Origin: Folioceros fuciformis
Taxonomy: Eukaryota
DNA: 54,524 nucleotides
Assembly: GCA_049999805.1 (NCBI GenBank)
Contig: JBNGIO010006162.1
Coordinates: 1 to 54,524, forward strand
Direction of reading: 5' to 3'
The notes beneath the pieces are model-generated. The model was not told the origin of the DNA and did no database searches. It worked only from the letters and a program-made list of their open reading frames with translations. The position numbers and the translations under genes were made by a program. Positions 44,635 through 54,524 of this stretch are shown piece after piece; position 1 is the stretch's first letter, and every line of letters begins with the position of its first letter.

Positions 44635-47103
44635 TCAATTCCGATCTCTACATGAGCAAGACCCCTCTACAAATCGATGCACACAATGTGCATCTCTCAC
44701 AATGATCTCTCGCTTCTCAAGGCGTGACATAACCTTGGTGCTGCTGTGACAATCAGTGCACATGCGGAGATTTTTCGTGACCAGCAAAGTTGAGCCATCT
44801 GGCGTGTTCAGCAGACCATACGCCAAAGCCAGTTTCTCCGCATGCCCACACAGAGCATCCTCCTTGTCTTGCTCAGACAAGGCCTTCAGCACCAACCGCG
44901 TTTGTGGAACGTGGCCTCCTTCATCCTTCAACCTCATGTTCACTGTTTTCAGCTTTGGTGAGATGTCGGACCTCTCATCCCCGACTGTGAACTCATGCAC
45001 CTCATTCTTAACTTCAATGCATGCCTTTGCAGCCTTCTTCAAAGCACCGGTTGATTTTCTTAGATTTTCAATCCTATCCACATCATCCCACCTACCTAAA
45101 TTCGCATAGATATTCCCCAGCATTACGTATGGGCTTGCACTTTCAGGTTCTAAGTTCACAATACGTTCAAAACATCGTTTCCCACGCTCTATATCACTAT
45201 GTGTTTGGCAAGCACTGAGCAAAGACGTCCACCCCACAATATCATTTGCAGATCTGGTTCGCAAAAAATGTTCAGCCTCGTCCAGTTGGCCGGATCGGGC
45301 AAGAAGATCAACCATGCAACCATGGTGATAAGCAGTGGGAACTATCTTGTGGTCCTCCACCATCCTTGCGAAATAATGCTGGCCCTCATGCACCAGACCT
45401 GCGTGACTGCATGCCACAAGAAGGCAGGTAAAGGTTGTCTCGTCTGGCTGAACACCCTGAAGTACCATGTCCTCAAAACACCGGATTGCACTGTGTCCAT
45501 CACTGTGTTCAGCATATCCATTCAGGAGGGCATTCCATGTCACCGCATCCCTCCTGGGCAAGCTGGCAAACACATCTTTAGCCTGCGTTAGCCAGCCACA
45601 TTTTGCATACATGTCAACCAAAGAGCTGCCGATGAACAAATCACCCTCAAGACCTGCGGCACGTATCCGTGAGTGAAGCTGCTGCCCCTGCTCTATTGCT
45701 CCTACACTGGCACATGCTTGAAGAATGGCCACAAAAGTCAAATTATTAGCCACAGTGATGCCTTCCTGTTGCATCATACCATACAAGGCCAGGGCTTCCC
45801 GTCCTAGCCCATGTTGAGAGTACCCAGCAATCATAGCATTCCAGGTCACCACATCCTTTCTGGGAAAATTGTCAAACGCATGTCGAGCATCGTCAAAGCT
45901 CCCACACTTAGCATACATGTTCACGAGGCTGTTCACGATCAATCCATCACCTTCGAAGCCCCTTTCACGAATCTGCGAGTGAAGCTTCTTCCCCTGCTGT
46001 AGGGCTCCTACACTTGCACATGCCTGAAGAAGGCACACAAACGTGACACGATCACCTACATTCAAGCCCTCCTGTTCCATACTTGCGTACAAAGCGAGAG
46101 CTTCTCGCCCGAGCCCCTGCTTACTATAACCGGCGATCATGGCAGTCCAGGTCACCACATTTCTCTTGGTCAAGCTGTCAAACACCCTCCGAGCATCATC
46201 CAAGCTGCCACATTTCGCATACATATTCACCAGGCTGCTCCCTACGAAAATGTCACCCTTCACAGCACTCGCCCTAACATGAGCATGGACCTCCTTTCCC
46301 GACGCCAGGTCCTCTGAAAAAGCACACGCCGTGAGAGCAGCCACGAAGATATGGCTATCTGCCTCTACACCTGAACCCCGCATCTGTCGATAGAACTCCA
46401 TGGCCTTCCCCGGCTGCCCGTGCCTGGCATGTGCCAGAATTATGGAAGACCACATGTGCACACTCGGCATGGCCACTTTCCTGAATGCCCGAGCTGCGTC
46501 ATCCAACTTCCCATGCCACGCATACATCCCAATAATGTGATTAGCCAGAAAGGCATTGGAACCGTGCCCGCTCACGAGGGCGAGATAGTGCACCCGCCTG
46601 CCATAGGAAAGATCTCTGTGCACCATGCATCTCTTCAAAACACGGTAAAAGAGAGTGCGGCCCACACGACATCCCCGCTCCACCAGAAGGCCCAAAGCGT
46701 CAACCGCCTCACCCAGCTCTGCTTCTTCGCATTGCTTGCTCAGAGCCTCAACCATTGGACTCTCATGTGCATCATCTGCTCCTGCGCCGTAGGCCCCGGC
46801 CAACTGCGAGTCCAACCAGGCGGGCTTCTGATGCTGGTCGATCCACAGTGGCTCCTTAGAGGTCTTGTGCCTGAAGTCGGGATGATTGGAGCTTTTCTTG
46901 CCCGCCCTGTTGTCCCACCAGTCAGAGGGATTCGAGACGAGGTCGTTCCGCAGGAGCTCCTGCCGCTCTTTCTGCGTCATTCCTTGAGGGACAGGAGTCC
47001 CGACTCGAGGAGCACACATTCCTGAGCTCTCTGGACCGCCGTTGCGGTTGCCAAGAACGCATTCCGCGGTCCTCCAGACACAGGTTGGCTTGGGCGACAA
47101 CAT
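44635..47103 (-). CDS. PDF-motif + PLS-PPR + E1-E2 + DYW:KP (DRN-ending) protein; inverted paralogue of 40878-43766
   Basis: About 14 PLS motifs; KKAAKACIEV, CGHAEKLA, NLRMCTDCH; ends CSCRDRN. Carries WWDNRAGKKSSNHPDFRHK. First in-frame ATG is at 47103; the open frame extends to 47376. Confidence 0.92.
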   Translation of the reverse strand: MLSPKPTCVWRTAECVLGNRNGGPESSGMCAPRVGTPVPQGMTQKERQELLRNDLVSNPSDWWDNRAGKKSSNHPDFRHKTSKEPLWIDQHQKPAWLDSQLAGAYGAGADDAHESPMVEALSKQCEEAELGEAVDALGLLVERGCRVGRTLFYRVLKRCMVHRDLSYGRRVHYLALVSGHGSNAFLANHIIGMYAWHGKLDDAARAFRKVAMPSVHMWSSIILAHARHGQPGKAMEFYRQMRGSGVEADSHIFVAALTACAFSEDLASGKEVHAHVRASAVKGDIFVGSSLVNMYAKCGSLDDARRVFDSLTKRNVVTWTAMIAGYSKQGLGREALALYASMEQEGLNVGDRVTFVCLLQACASVGALQQGKKLHSQIRERGFEGDGLIVNSLVNMYAKCGSFDDARHAFDNFPRKDVVTWNAMIAGYSQHGLGREALALYGMMQQEGITVANNLTFVAILQACASVGAIEQGQQLHSRIRAAGLEGDLFIGSSLVDMYAKCGWLTQAKDVFASLPRRDAVTWNALLNGYAEHSDGHSAIRCFEDMVLQGVQPDETTFTCLLVACSHAGLVHEGQHYFARMVEDHKIVPTAYHHGCMVDLLARSGQLDEAEHFLRTRSANDIVGWTSLLSACQTHSDIERGKRCFERIVNLEPESASPYVMLGNIYANLGRWDDVDRIENLRKSTGALKKAAKACIEVKNEVHEFTVGDERSDISPKLKTVNMRLKDEGGHVPQTRLVLKALSEQDKEDALCGHAEKLALAYGLLNTPDGSTLLVTKNLRMCTDCHSSTKVMSRLEKREIIVRDAHCVHRFVEGSCSCRDRN

Positions 47104-47546
47104 GCCGGAGGTCAGGCAGAGCGCATCCCAAAACGCCAAATTCAAGTGCGGTGGCAAGGAGATGTTGTGGTGTGTTTCTGCAATTCTGCACAGGGAATGA
47201 GGCCCTCCCTCATGGAACTCCTCTAACGGTGGATATAAGCCATATAGCTCAGGGAACTTACGTGTACCTCCAGTCCCTATAGAACTTGGACATCTCGTAA
47301 CTGAAGAGTATAAAAGGGTCGGTTGGCTATTTATGCCACACTCTCCTCTCAGGGGGAGTGCTGTATGGATTATCAAGACATATAGCCGATGTAATTTTTT
47401 TGAAACACATAGGTTGGCACTGGATGCCGACCTTCCCCAAAGAAAACTTTTGAAATGGGATATCTGCTGGCTTTATCCTGAACCCTGCATGTTTGGATGA
47501 AACCCCACAACCGTTCCCCATCACCGTCCTCGGCTGCCAGTAAAGG

Positions 47547-47728
47547 AAGGAATTCCACGTTGCTAACCTAGTAAAGGAATTCCACGTTGCTAACCTAGTA
47601 AAGGAATTCCACGTTTCCACGAGATGGAATGGTTAGCTGAACTATGAAATGGAATGGTTAGCTGAACTATNNNNNNNNNNTAGCTGAACTATGAAATGGA
47701 ATGGTTAGCTGAACTATGAAATGGAATT
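47547..47728. repeat. Short tandem repeats (27-bp and 25-bp units) spanning a 10-N gap
   Basis: AAGGAATTCCACGTTGCTAACCTAGTA repeats, then ATGGAATGGTTAGCTGAACTATGAA repeats. Confidence 0.75.
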
Positions 47729-47899
47729 GCGAGGGATTTTTTTTTCTTACGATGAAACATTCAGATCATATTGGCACTAGCCTTGTTAAGGAGATTACAA
47801 GTATTGCGTCTAGGGACCTTTAGGCTACCACTACACACTTAGAGCAAGGACTTGTGGAGGGGACTCTACCCAATATGGTTCATTAATTACCTTCCCAAA

Positions 47900-48460
47900 G
47901 GGCATTTGTGAATCCAAGTATGTCACATTCTGACCGCAAAAAGCCAGCATGCTTCCAATCCTTTCGCTTGAACCTAAGAGGAGAGGTTATTTGGAGATTT
48001 TCTACCGCTATTACCACTTGTTCCTAGACGCGCCACAATACAACCTTGATAATCAACGAGGCCCTCCACCCATAAACAACTGCAGTCCAATTGCTCCAAA
48101 GGCAAAGGATGCATGATCTCCAAACCAAACCCCACCATTGGTTCGGCATTAATGGATTACCCGAGGTTTGATCTAGATCGAAGAGGGCGGATTGTTCAAT
48201 GAGCATAGGATTGACCAAAGCAAAGAGCCTTTGCATCCAACCCTCCACCTCTCATCAAACTTCTCGAGCAAACTTGAATTGGAAGAGCATATGTTGGCTT
48301 TTGTGGGGAGCCCCACTGTTGCATAATCTGCATGCTTCCTCCTCCGCCAGTACTAACAACCTATCCCAACGGTCTACATTAGATAGACAAGCCTGAAAAA
48401 GGCACCAAACCGTAGTTCTGATCTTAGGGCGGATTTCGACGATCAAGCAAAGGAGGTAGA
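47900..48460 (-). mobile_element. Decayed L1-like LINE 3' fragment (zf-RVT region)
   Basis: KIRTTVWCLFQACL...ACRLCNSGAPHKSQHMLFQFKFAREV* resembles CxxC...HxLFxC.xA..VW and is followed by a Trp-rich WGLVW..ILCLW segment. Boundaries are approximate. Confidence 0.55.
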
Positions 48461-48691
48461 GGGTTGCTTTCTAACACTGTATGGAAAGGCTCCACCTTAG
48501 AGACATTGGTTGACGTTGTTTGACTTTCTGCAAGTGGACCAAGCAAAGATAAATGACCGTTGTTTGAAAGTTAAAGAAGGATCAAGAGCTCCTCTGTTGG
48601 CCGCCTGATTGCTTTGGCCATCAAAAGATATCAAGTCACAAGGTTAGTTGTCTATTCTCCACCGAGAGGAACCAACACTGGGTAAGATTGT

Positions 48692-48777
48692 GAAGGAATT
48701 CCATGTTGTTGAACTATGAAATGGAATGGTGAAGGAATTCCACAGAGGTGAACTATGAAATGGAATGGTGAAGGAAT
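48692..48777. repeat. Second block of the GAAGGAATTCCA / GAACTATGAAATGGAATGGT repeat, cut by the copia LTR
   Basis: Same words as 47547-47728; ends at GGAAT immediately before the LTR's TG. Confidence 0.75.
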
Positions 48778-49072
48778 TGACAAGTGCGAGCGTTCACGGA
48801 AGCTGGTAAGCGTATGAATAAACGAATGAATGAGACGTCGTTGTCTTGGACACCCAAGAGTCGTGTCCTGACGGTTAGGGTTTTTGCTAACCTACGACCT
48901 GTACAGCTAGCATATACTGTCACTCCCACTCATGTCTAGAGTTAGGATGTGTATAAATTGTCATATTTATATATAATTAAATGCTGAATGCTATGAAACG
49001 TAAAATCTAACAAGAAACCTGATAACCCGCCAAGAAACTCGTCAGCCCAAAGCGGGTATCGGCATCATGTCA
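48778..49072 (-). repeat. 3' LTR, 295 bp
   Basis: Near-identical to 54322-54524; TGACA/TGTCA termini; purine-rich AGCTGGGAACGTGAAGAT precedes it on the minus strand. Confidence 0.92.
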
Positions 49073-52000
49073 ATCTTCACGTTCCCAGCTTACTCTTCGA
49101 TTCGCAGCTGTGCTCCACTTCAAAGGATTACCGGCTGACCTTAGGCCCATGGCAGCTGCATGTTCGTAATGCTTGATGCGTCCCAAAGCCTTTGTCAGGA
49201 TGTCTGCAGTCATGACTTCTGTAGGGCAGTAGGAAATCCTTACCAGACCTTGAGCTACAGTCTCACGAATGTAATGATGTTCGATTCCAATGTGTTTGGT
49301 CCTTGCGTGAAAGCGAGGGTTCATTGTTAACGCAATTGCACTCTGATTATCGCACAACAGGTCTATCAGCAGCTCCTGTGGTATGCCGAGCTCCCTTAGT
49401 GCTCCCACTGACCAAGTGATTTCCTTGCACGCTTCCGTTAAACTCTTGTATTCCGCTTCCGTAGATGATAGTGCAATTGTAGATTGCTTTTTACTACTCC
49501 AAGAAATTGCACCACCAGCTAAGATTGTCACATAGCTACTAATGCTCTTGCGGCTGTCTGGGTCTCCACCCCAGTTAGCGTCACTATAGACTGTTAAATG
49601 CAGAACCTTCTTTGCCTTTGAGCTATACAAAATTCCCCAATCTGTTGTTCCAGAAATGTACCTATAGACCCTTGTCATCAGGTCCTCATGAGTTCTGTTG
49701 GGGTTTGAAACAAACCGTGAAGTCAGTCCGGAGGTAAAGGCAAGATCAGGCCTGCTTCCTATCATCAAATGCATCAGGCTTCCATTCTTTAAAGGATACA
49801 ATTCAACATATTGAGCGTCCTCTTCAGGTATATCTCCAACTTGCTGTGTATACTTGACATTTTGCTCTACTGGAGTCGCAACAGGCTTGCAGCCAATCAT
49901 GCCATATCTTTCTAAAATTTCCAAGGCATATTTACGTTGGTGCAGGAAAATAGTTCCCGCACCACGATTTCTATGTAGTTGCATGCCCAGGCAGTAGGCA
50001 AGTGCACCAGCTTCTGTAGTCTTCAAAGCTCTTCTCAAGTGCTCCTTTAATTCAAATATCATGCGTAGAGAGTTGTTGAGGATGATTATATCATCCACAT
50101 AAATGGCAAGTGCCAAGAAATCTTTACTTTCTCCTTTTACGTAGACATTGCTGTCAGCATGTAAGCCTTCATATCCAAGATCTGTCAAGTATGTGTGAAT
50201 TCTTTCATACCATGCTCGGGGGCTTTGTTTAAGCCCATACAAAGTCTTCTGGAGCTTACATACTGGACGAGGCACATTTGGAGGCACTGCGACTCTGGCT
50301 GGAACTTGCATGAAAATCTCCTCGTGCAGGTTCCCATACAAAAATGCTATAGTTACGTCTAGCTGCTCCAGCTCAAGATTATTCACTGCAGCTAGTGCTA
50401 CAAACATGCGCAGGGTATTCAGCTTCACTACAAGACTGAACGTATCATCGTAGTCCACTCCAGGTATTTGCGAATACCCTTTTGCAACCAACCTTGCCTT
50501 GTAACGCCCAATGCTCCCATCTGCCTTCAGCCTTATCTTAAAAACCCACTTGCTGCCAACTTGTTTCCTATCTGCAGGAAGGCTGACTATTGTCCAAGTG
50601 TGGTTTTCATATAGAGATGCCAACTCTGATTGAATGGCCTTGTACCAATGCTCAGCATCAGGACAGCTGAGGGCTGCTTCATAGGTTGGAGGTTCATACA
50701 GCACAGCGTTGGCGGCTAAACAGTAAGTCAGATGTGACTTGGGATACCAGAAATCCTCTGACGCATACCGTGCTGGTGGTCTACGCGACCTCTGTGACTG
50801 CCGAGGCTCAGGAGTAGCATGTTGAGCCGTCCTTCTGTGCTGTCCATCTGGTGAGGCGGACGGGATCACTGTCTCTGTCTCCTCAAAACTCAACGACCCA
50901 GCTGAAGGTGTAGCTTGTAAATTTCGGCTACTAATCGTGCGTCCAGGTGTCCGCATCGGTGTCTGGAGAGTCGGTGACTGTGGTCCCGGGGGTATTGCTG
51001 GTGCCACTGGTGGTACAGGCACGATAGGCGCGGCAGGAAGAGGAACTCGGAGTTCTCCGACCATCATCTCCGCCTCCTCTTCTGTGGAGCCATCGTCGGA
51101 GCTTGAAGGATCCAGCAACGGTGCTCCCACTGGCTGTTGAGACTCCACGCCTTCGACAAACACCACATCCCGTGAATGGGTAACTACCCTCGTTCTTCTG
51201 TTCAGGACCTTATACCCCTTGATTCCTTCAGTGAACCCAATAAAAATACAGTGAGTTGACTTGGGTTCAAACTTCTTGCGCAGGTCCTTGTGGATGTGAG
51301 TATACACCGACGAGCCAAACACACGAAGATGCGAAAGATTGGGCTTCCTGCCTGTCCACAATTCGTAAGGAGTCTTTCCCTTAACTGATTTATGTGCTAT
51401 CCTGTTCTGAATGTAGGTAGCATAACTTACTGCCTCTGCCCAGTATGCTATTGGCAAGTTTGCATAATGAAGCATACTGGAAGCGAATGTCTCCAAAGAC
51501 TGATTTTTATTCTCAGAAACCCCATTTTGCTGTGGGGTATGGGCATTCGTCAATTGCCTACCTATGCCATGCTGTATGCAAAATGCATAAAATTCCTGGG
51601 AGACATACTCTCCGCCATTATAAGACCGCAGGTTTTTCAGACGACGGCCAGTTTGGGTCTCAGCCCATGTCTTGTACTCTTTGAAGCATGCAAGAGTATC
51701 TGATTTCTGCTTCAGAAAATACACTACGCAAAAGCGTGTGTAGTCGTCAGTAAAAATGGTAAAATACTCCTTCCCTCCAAGAGAAACCGGGAGTTTTCCA
51801 CATACATCACTGTGGACTAGCCCTAAGATCTCCGTTGCTCGTGTTGCTTGACCCACAGGGAAAGACGTACGCTTGTGTTTACCTAGTACACAAGCTTCGC
51901 ATACTCCAAATTTCTGCAGATTATCAAGATTGATACCTTCCACCAGCTTATCCTTGTACATAGTCACAAGCTTCTGAAAATTGATATGACCCAGGCGAAG

Positions 52001-53407
52001 ATGCCATAGGTACGTAAGAGAGGGCTTGGAATAGTGTGTGAAGTCCGCAACGGAGAGTGCCTTTTCTTCCTTCATGTCGAGATGATAAAGATCGTCCTTC
52101 TGCAGGTGCCCAGTGGCCAAGAGGGTGCCATCCTTCGACTCAACGAGACACTTGCCGTCTCCAAAACACACATAACAGCCCGACTGATCCATCTTCCGAA
52201 CTGAAACTAGGTTCTTTGCCAGTCCGGGTACGTAAAGCACATCTGAAATTTCTATGTGCTTATTGGGTTTCAAATCAAGTTGAATGGTTCCCTGACCAGC
52301 AATTTCATACTGGGAATTGTCTCCTAAGCACACAAATTTGGCAGGTGTGCTTTCCTTCAACTCTGTAAAATATGTAGCATGGGGGGTCATATGCTGCGAG
52401 GCTCCGCTGTCTATATACCAAGTGTGTTCAGGATGGCTGGCAAAGCAAGTGACCACATTGCAATGATGGAAGTTGTGATCTCGAGATGAGTTCACTGTGG
52501 TGTCATGAATGACACTTGTAAAGAATGCCTTGCTGTATTTTTGCATGGTCACTGCTAGATGCCCTGAAGGTCCACCTTCTCCAGCCAGTCTCTTGCAGCA
52601 GACTTCCCAGGTATGATTTGTCATGCCGCAATGCCCACATGGGGGCTTGCCTCTGCCACCACCAAAGCTAAGAGGCCTAGAGTCACGGCCTCAGCCCCTG
52701 CCAAATGGACGTCCTCGTCCACGACCTCTTCCAAGTTTGCCCGTCCAAAGAGCCTTGTCTCCTCCTAGAGAAAGAGAGGTATTTGCTATTTTCCTTCTTG
52801 ACTCTTCTGTTAACATTGCTGCTATCACTCGATTAACTGTGATGGATGGTACATCCTGCAGGCCTTGTATCACACTAGACCAAGTTTCTGGCAGTGTAGT
52901 AAGAAGAATTACTGCAAGGAGCTCCTCCTCCAATGCGAAACCTGCAGAAACCAACTTGGCTCGCGAATTGCGAAACTCAAGTACATGTTTATCCACAGAA
53001 TCTGTTTCTTTCATCTTGAGGCCCATGAACTGTTTTAACACAAAAGTTTGCAGCATGAGGTCCCTCGAGTCGTACAAGTCTTTTACTTGTCTCCACCAGG
53101 CAGCAGCAGTTTCTTCAGCTCCCTGAAACACGCCAGTGTGGGTGCTCTTGACACTAAAGTGAAGAAGTGTCCGAGCTTGCTGGTCATTCTCCACCCAGCG
53201 GGCCAACTCTTCTGGTGTAGCAGCAGCACCAGGTTTGGGTGTAGGCACGGGAGGTGTGCCTACACCATGGACATGTGCCCATAATTTTCTAGATTTCAGT
53301 ATTTCTTGCATACTCTTCTGCCATACATGATAATTTTCACCATCAAACTTGTCTTCCTTGGGTATTTTTATGGCAGGAACTTGTGAAATGGTCTGCTGAT
53401 GACCCAT
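49070..53407 (-). pseudogene. Copia gag-pol polyprotein interrupted by one in-frame TGA
   Basis: Gag KFDGENYHVW...ILLTTLPETW; TGA at 52693-52691, then the same frame continues CGHCGMTNHTWEVC, WYIDSGAS, LWHLRLGH, LVHSDVCG, TPQQNG, YKARLVAKG, LYGLKQSPRAW, YVDD and RTKHI. Confidence 0.93.
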
Positions 53408-54309
53408 TCTGTAGAGTACCCCTTAGGGATTAAATGGAAACCAGGTTGCCTCCAGAGATTCTGGTTTTCCAGGTTCTTTGGAGATATACAGGGTCACCTT
53501 CAATGCATAGGAGGCTGATAGCGAATGTCCAGCACAAATGTTCTGTAAAATGTGTGAAACAAACTCCTTGATGATGTACAAAGGTTGATAAACTAGTGAT
53601 TTATTGAACAAGTTGGTAACATGATGATGTAAATGAGAAAATGCTTCAGCTGCTGATACTGGTAGAAGCAAGCACAAGGTTTCCTGACTAGGAGGGAGCA
53701 TAATCGTGCTCAAAGAAGATCAGAGACATCAAAGTTGCTCCAGTCATAACCATCAAGTGCAGGATACCCTTGTACAACATGTGTAGCCATTAGTTCACAA
53801 ATTATGCAGATTTTGATCCAAACCTGCTGCCAGCGCGTGGGGGCGAGGGAACGTAAATACGTTTCCTCCTGCTCAATTCTCCACACATTTAGCTCTTGAA
53901 GTCTTCTGGCTCTTCTTGCTAAGCGTTCTCATTTCCTCAGGTCAGGCATGGGTGCTAACCCTTGTGTGGTGGTGTGGACATTATCCAGAACCAAAGTCCA
54001 AGAATCATCTGTAACACCAGCACAGCAGAGCCACACCGCTCAACTCAGAGAAAAGAGGTGCCAGGCACCACCGTCACCAGAAAATTGTGACCATGGCGCC
54101 AAGCCAGAAAAAAAANNNNNNNNNNNNNNNNNNNNNNNNNNNNNNNNNNNNNNNNNNNNNNNNNNNNNNNNNNNNNNNNNNNNNNNNNNNNNNNNNNNNN
54201 NNNNNNNNNNNNNNNCCAAGAAATTCATGGTAAAATCAGGAAATTTCAGGCGCCATGATGGAGGCGCTGACACAAGATGTTCATATTAGAAATCGGGAAG
54301 ATTCCCGCG

Positions 54310-54321
54310 GCTCTGATACCA
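54310..54321 (-). promoter_or_regulatory. Primer binding site for initiator tRNA-Met
   Basis: TGGTATCAGAGC directly adjacent to the 5' LTR. Confidence 0.95.
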
Positions 54322-54524
54322 TGACAAGTGCGAGCGTTCACGAAAGCTGGTAAGCGTATGAATAAACGAATGAATGAGACGTCGCTGTCTTGGACACCCA
54401 AGAGTCATGTCCTGACGGTTAGGGTTTTTGCTAACCTACGACCTGTACAGCTAGCATATACTGTCACTCCCACTCATGTCTAGAGTTAGGATGTGTATAA
54501 ATTGTCATATTTATATATAATTAA
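54322..54524 (-). repeat. 5' LTR (partial)
   Basis: Matches 48778-48980 with 3 substitutions. Confidence 0.95.

Larger units (their letters stand above)
48778..54524 (-). mobile_element. Ty1/copia LTR retrotransposon, recent but defective; 5' LTR cut by the window end
   Basis: 3' LTR 48778-49072 (TGACA...TGTCA); 5' LTR from 54322; PBS TGGTATCAGAGC; gag-PR-INT-RT-RH order. Three transitions in the 203 alignable LTR bases. Confidence 0.97.

Noticed and set aside
52691-52693. Programmed gag-pol stop readthrough
   Set aside because: Copia elements normally use a single ORF, the stop precedes the gag zinc knuckle, and it fits a CGA-to-TGA transition.

Overview
Compact, gene-dense land-plant nuclear DNA with mostly 75-230 bp introns. 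It is most likely a hornwort (inferred from the co-occurrence of WW-type and KP/DRH-type PPR editing factors with tiny introns; a lycophyte or fern is not excluded). Left to right: a degenerate repeat-rich stretch; TOM40 (11 exons); an intronless plastid-type aspartate kinase; a frameshifted PLS-PPR pseudogene and its intact, internally chimeric WW-type paralogue; ALKBH2; a GFT1/GONST4-like transporter; a RAM1-like GRAS gene with 5 introns; three C/D-box snoRNA copies (18S Am420-equivalent guide) that no ORF explains; minisatellites; a decayed RLE-type non-LTR retroelement; a broken acidic-repeat gene; BRCA2; two convergent PLS-PPR-DYW:KP (DRH/DRN) candidate U-to-C editing factors; an L1-like fragment; and a young but defective Ty1/copia element cut by the window end. 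The most striking signal is that both DYW:KP proteins carry an N-terminal OSB-type 'PDF' single-stranded-DNA-binding motif. There are four N-gaps (2129-2228, 34403-34412, 47671-47680, 54116-54215). All identifications are by eye from recalled family motifs; no search was run.
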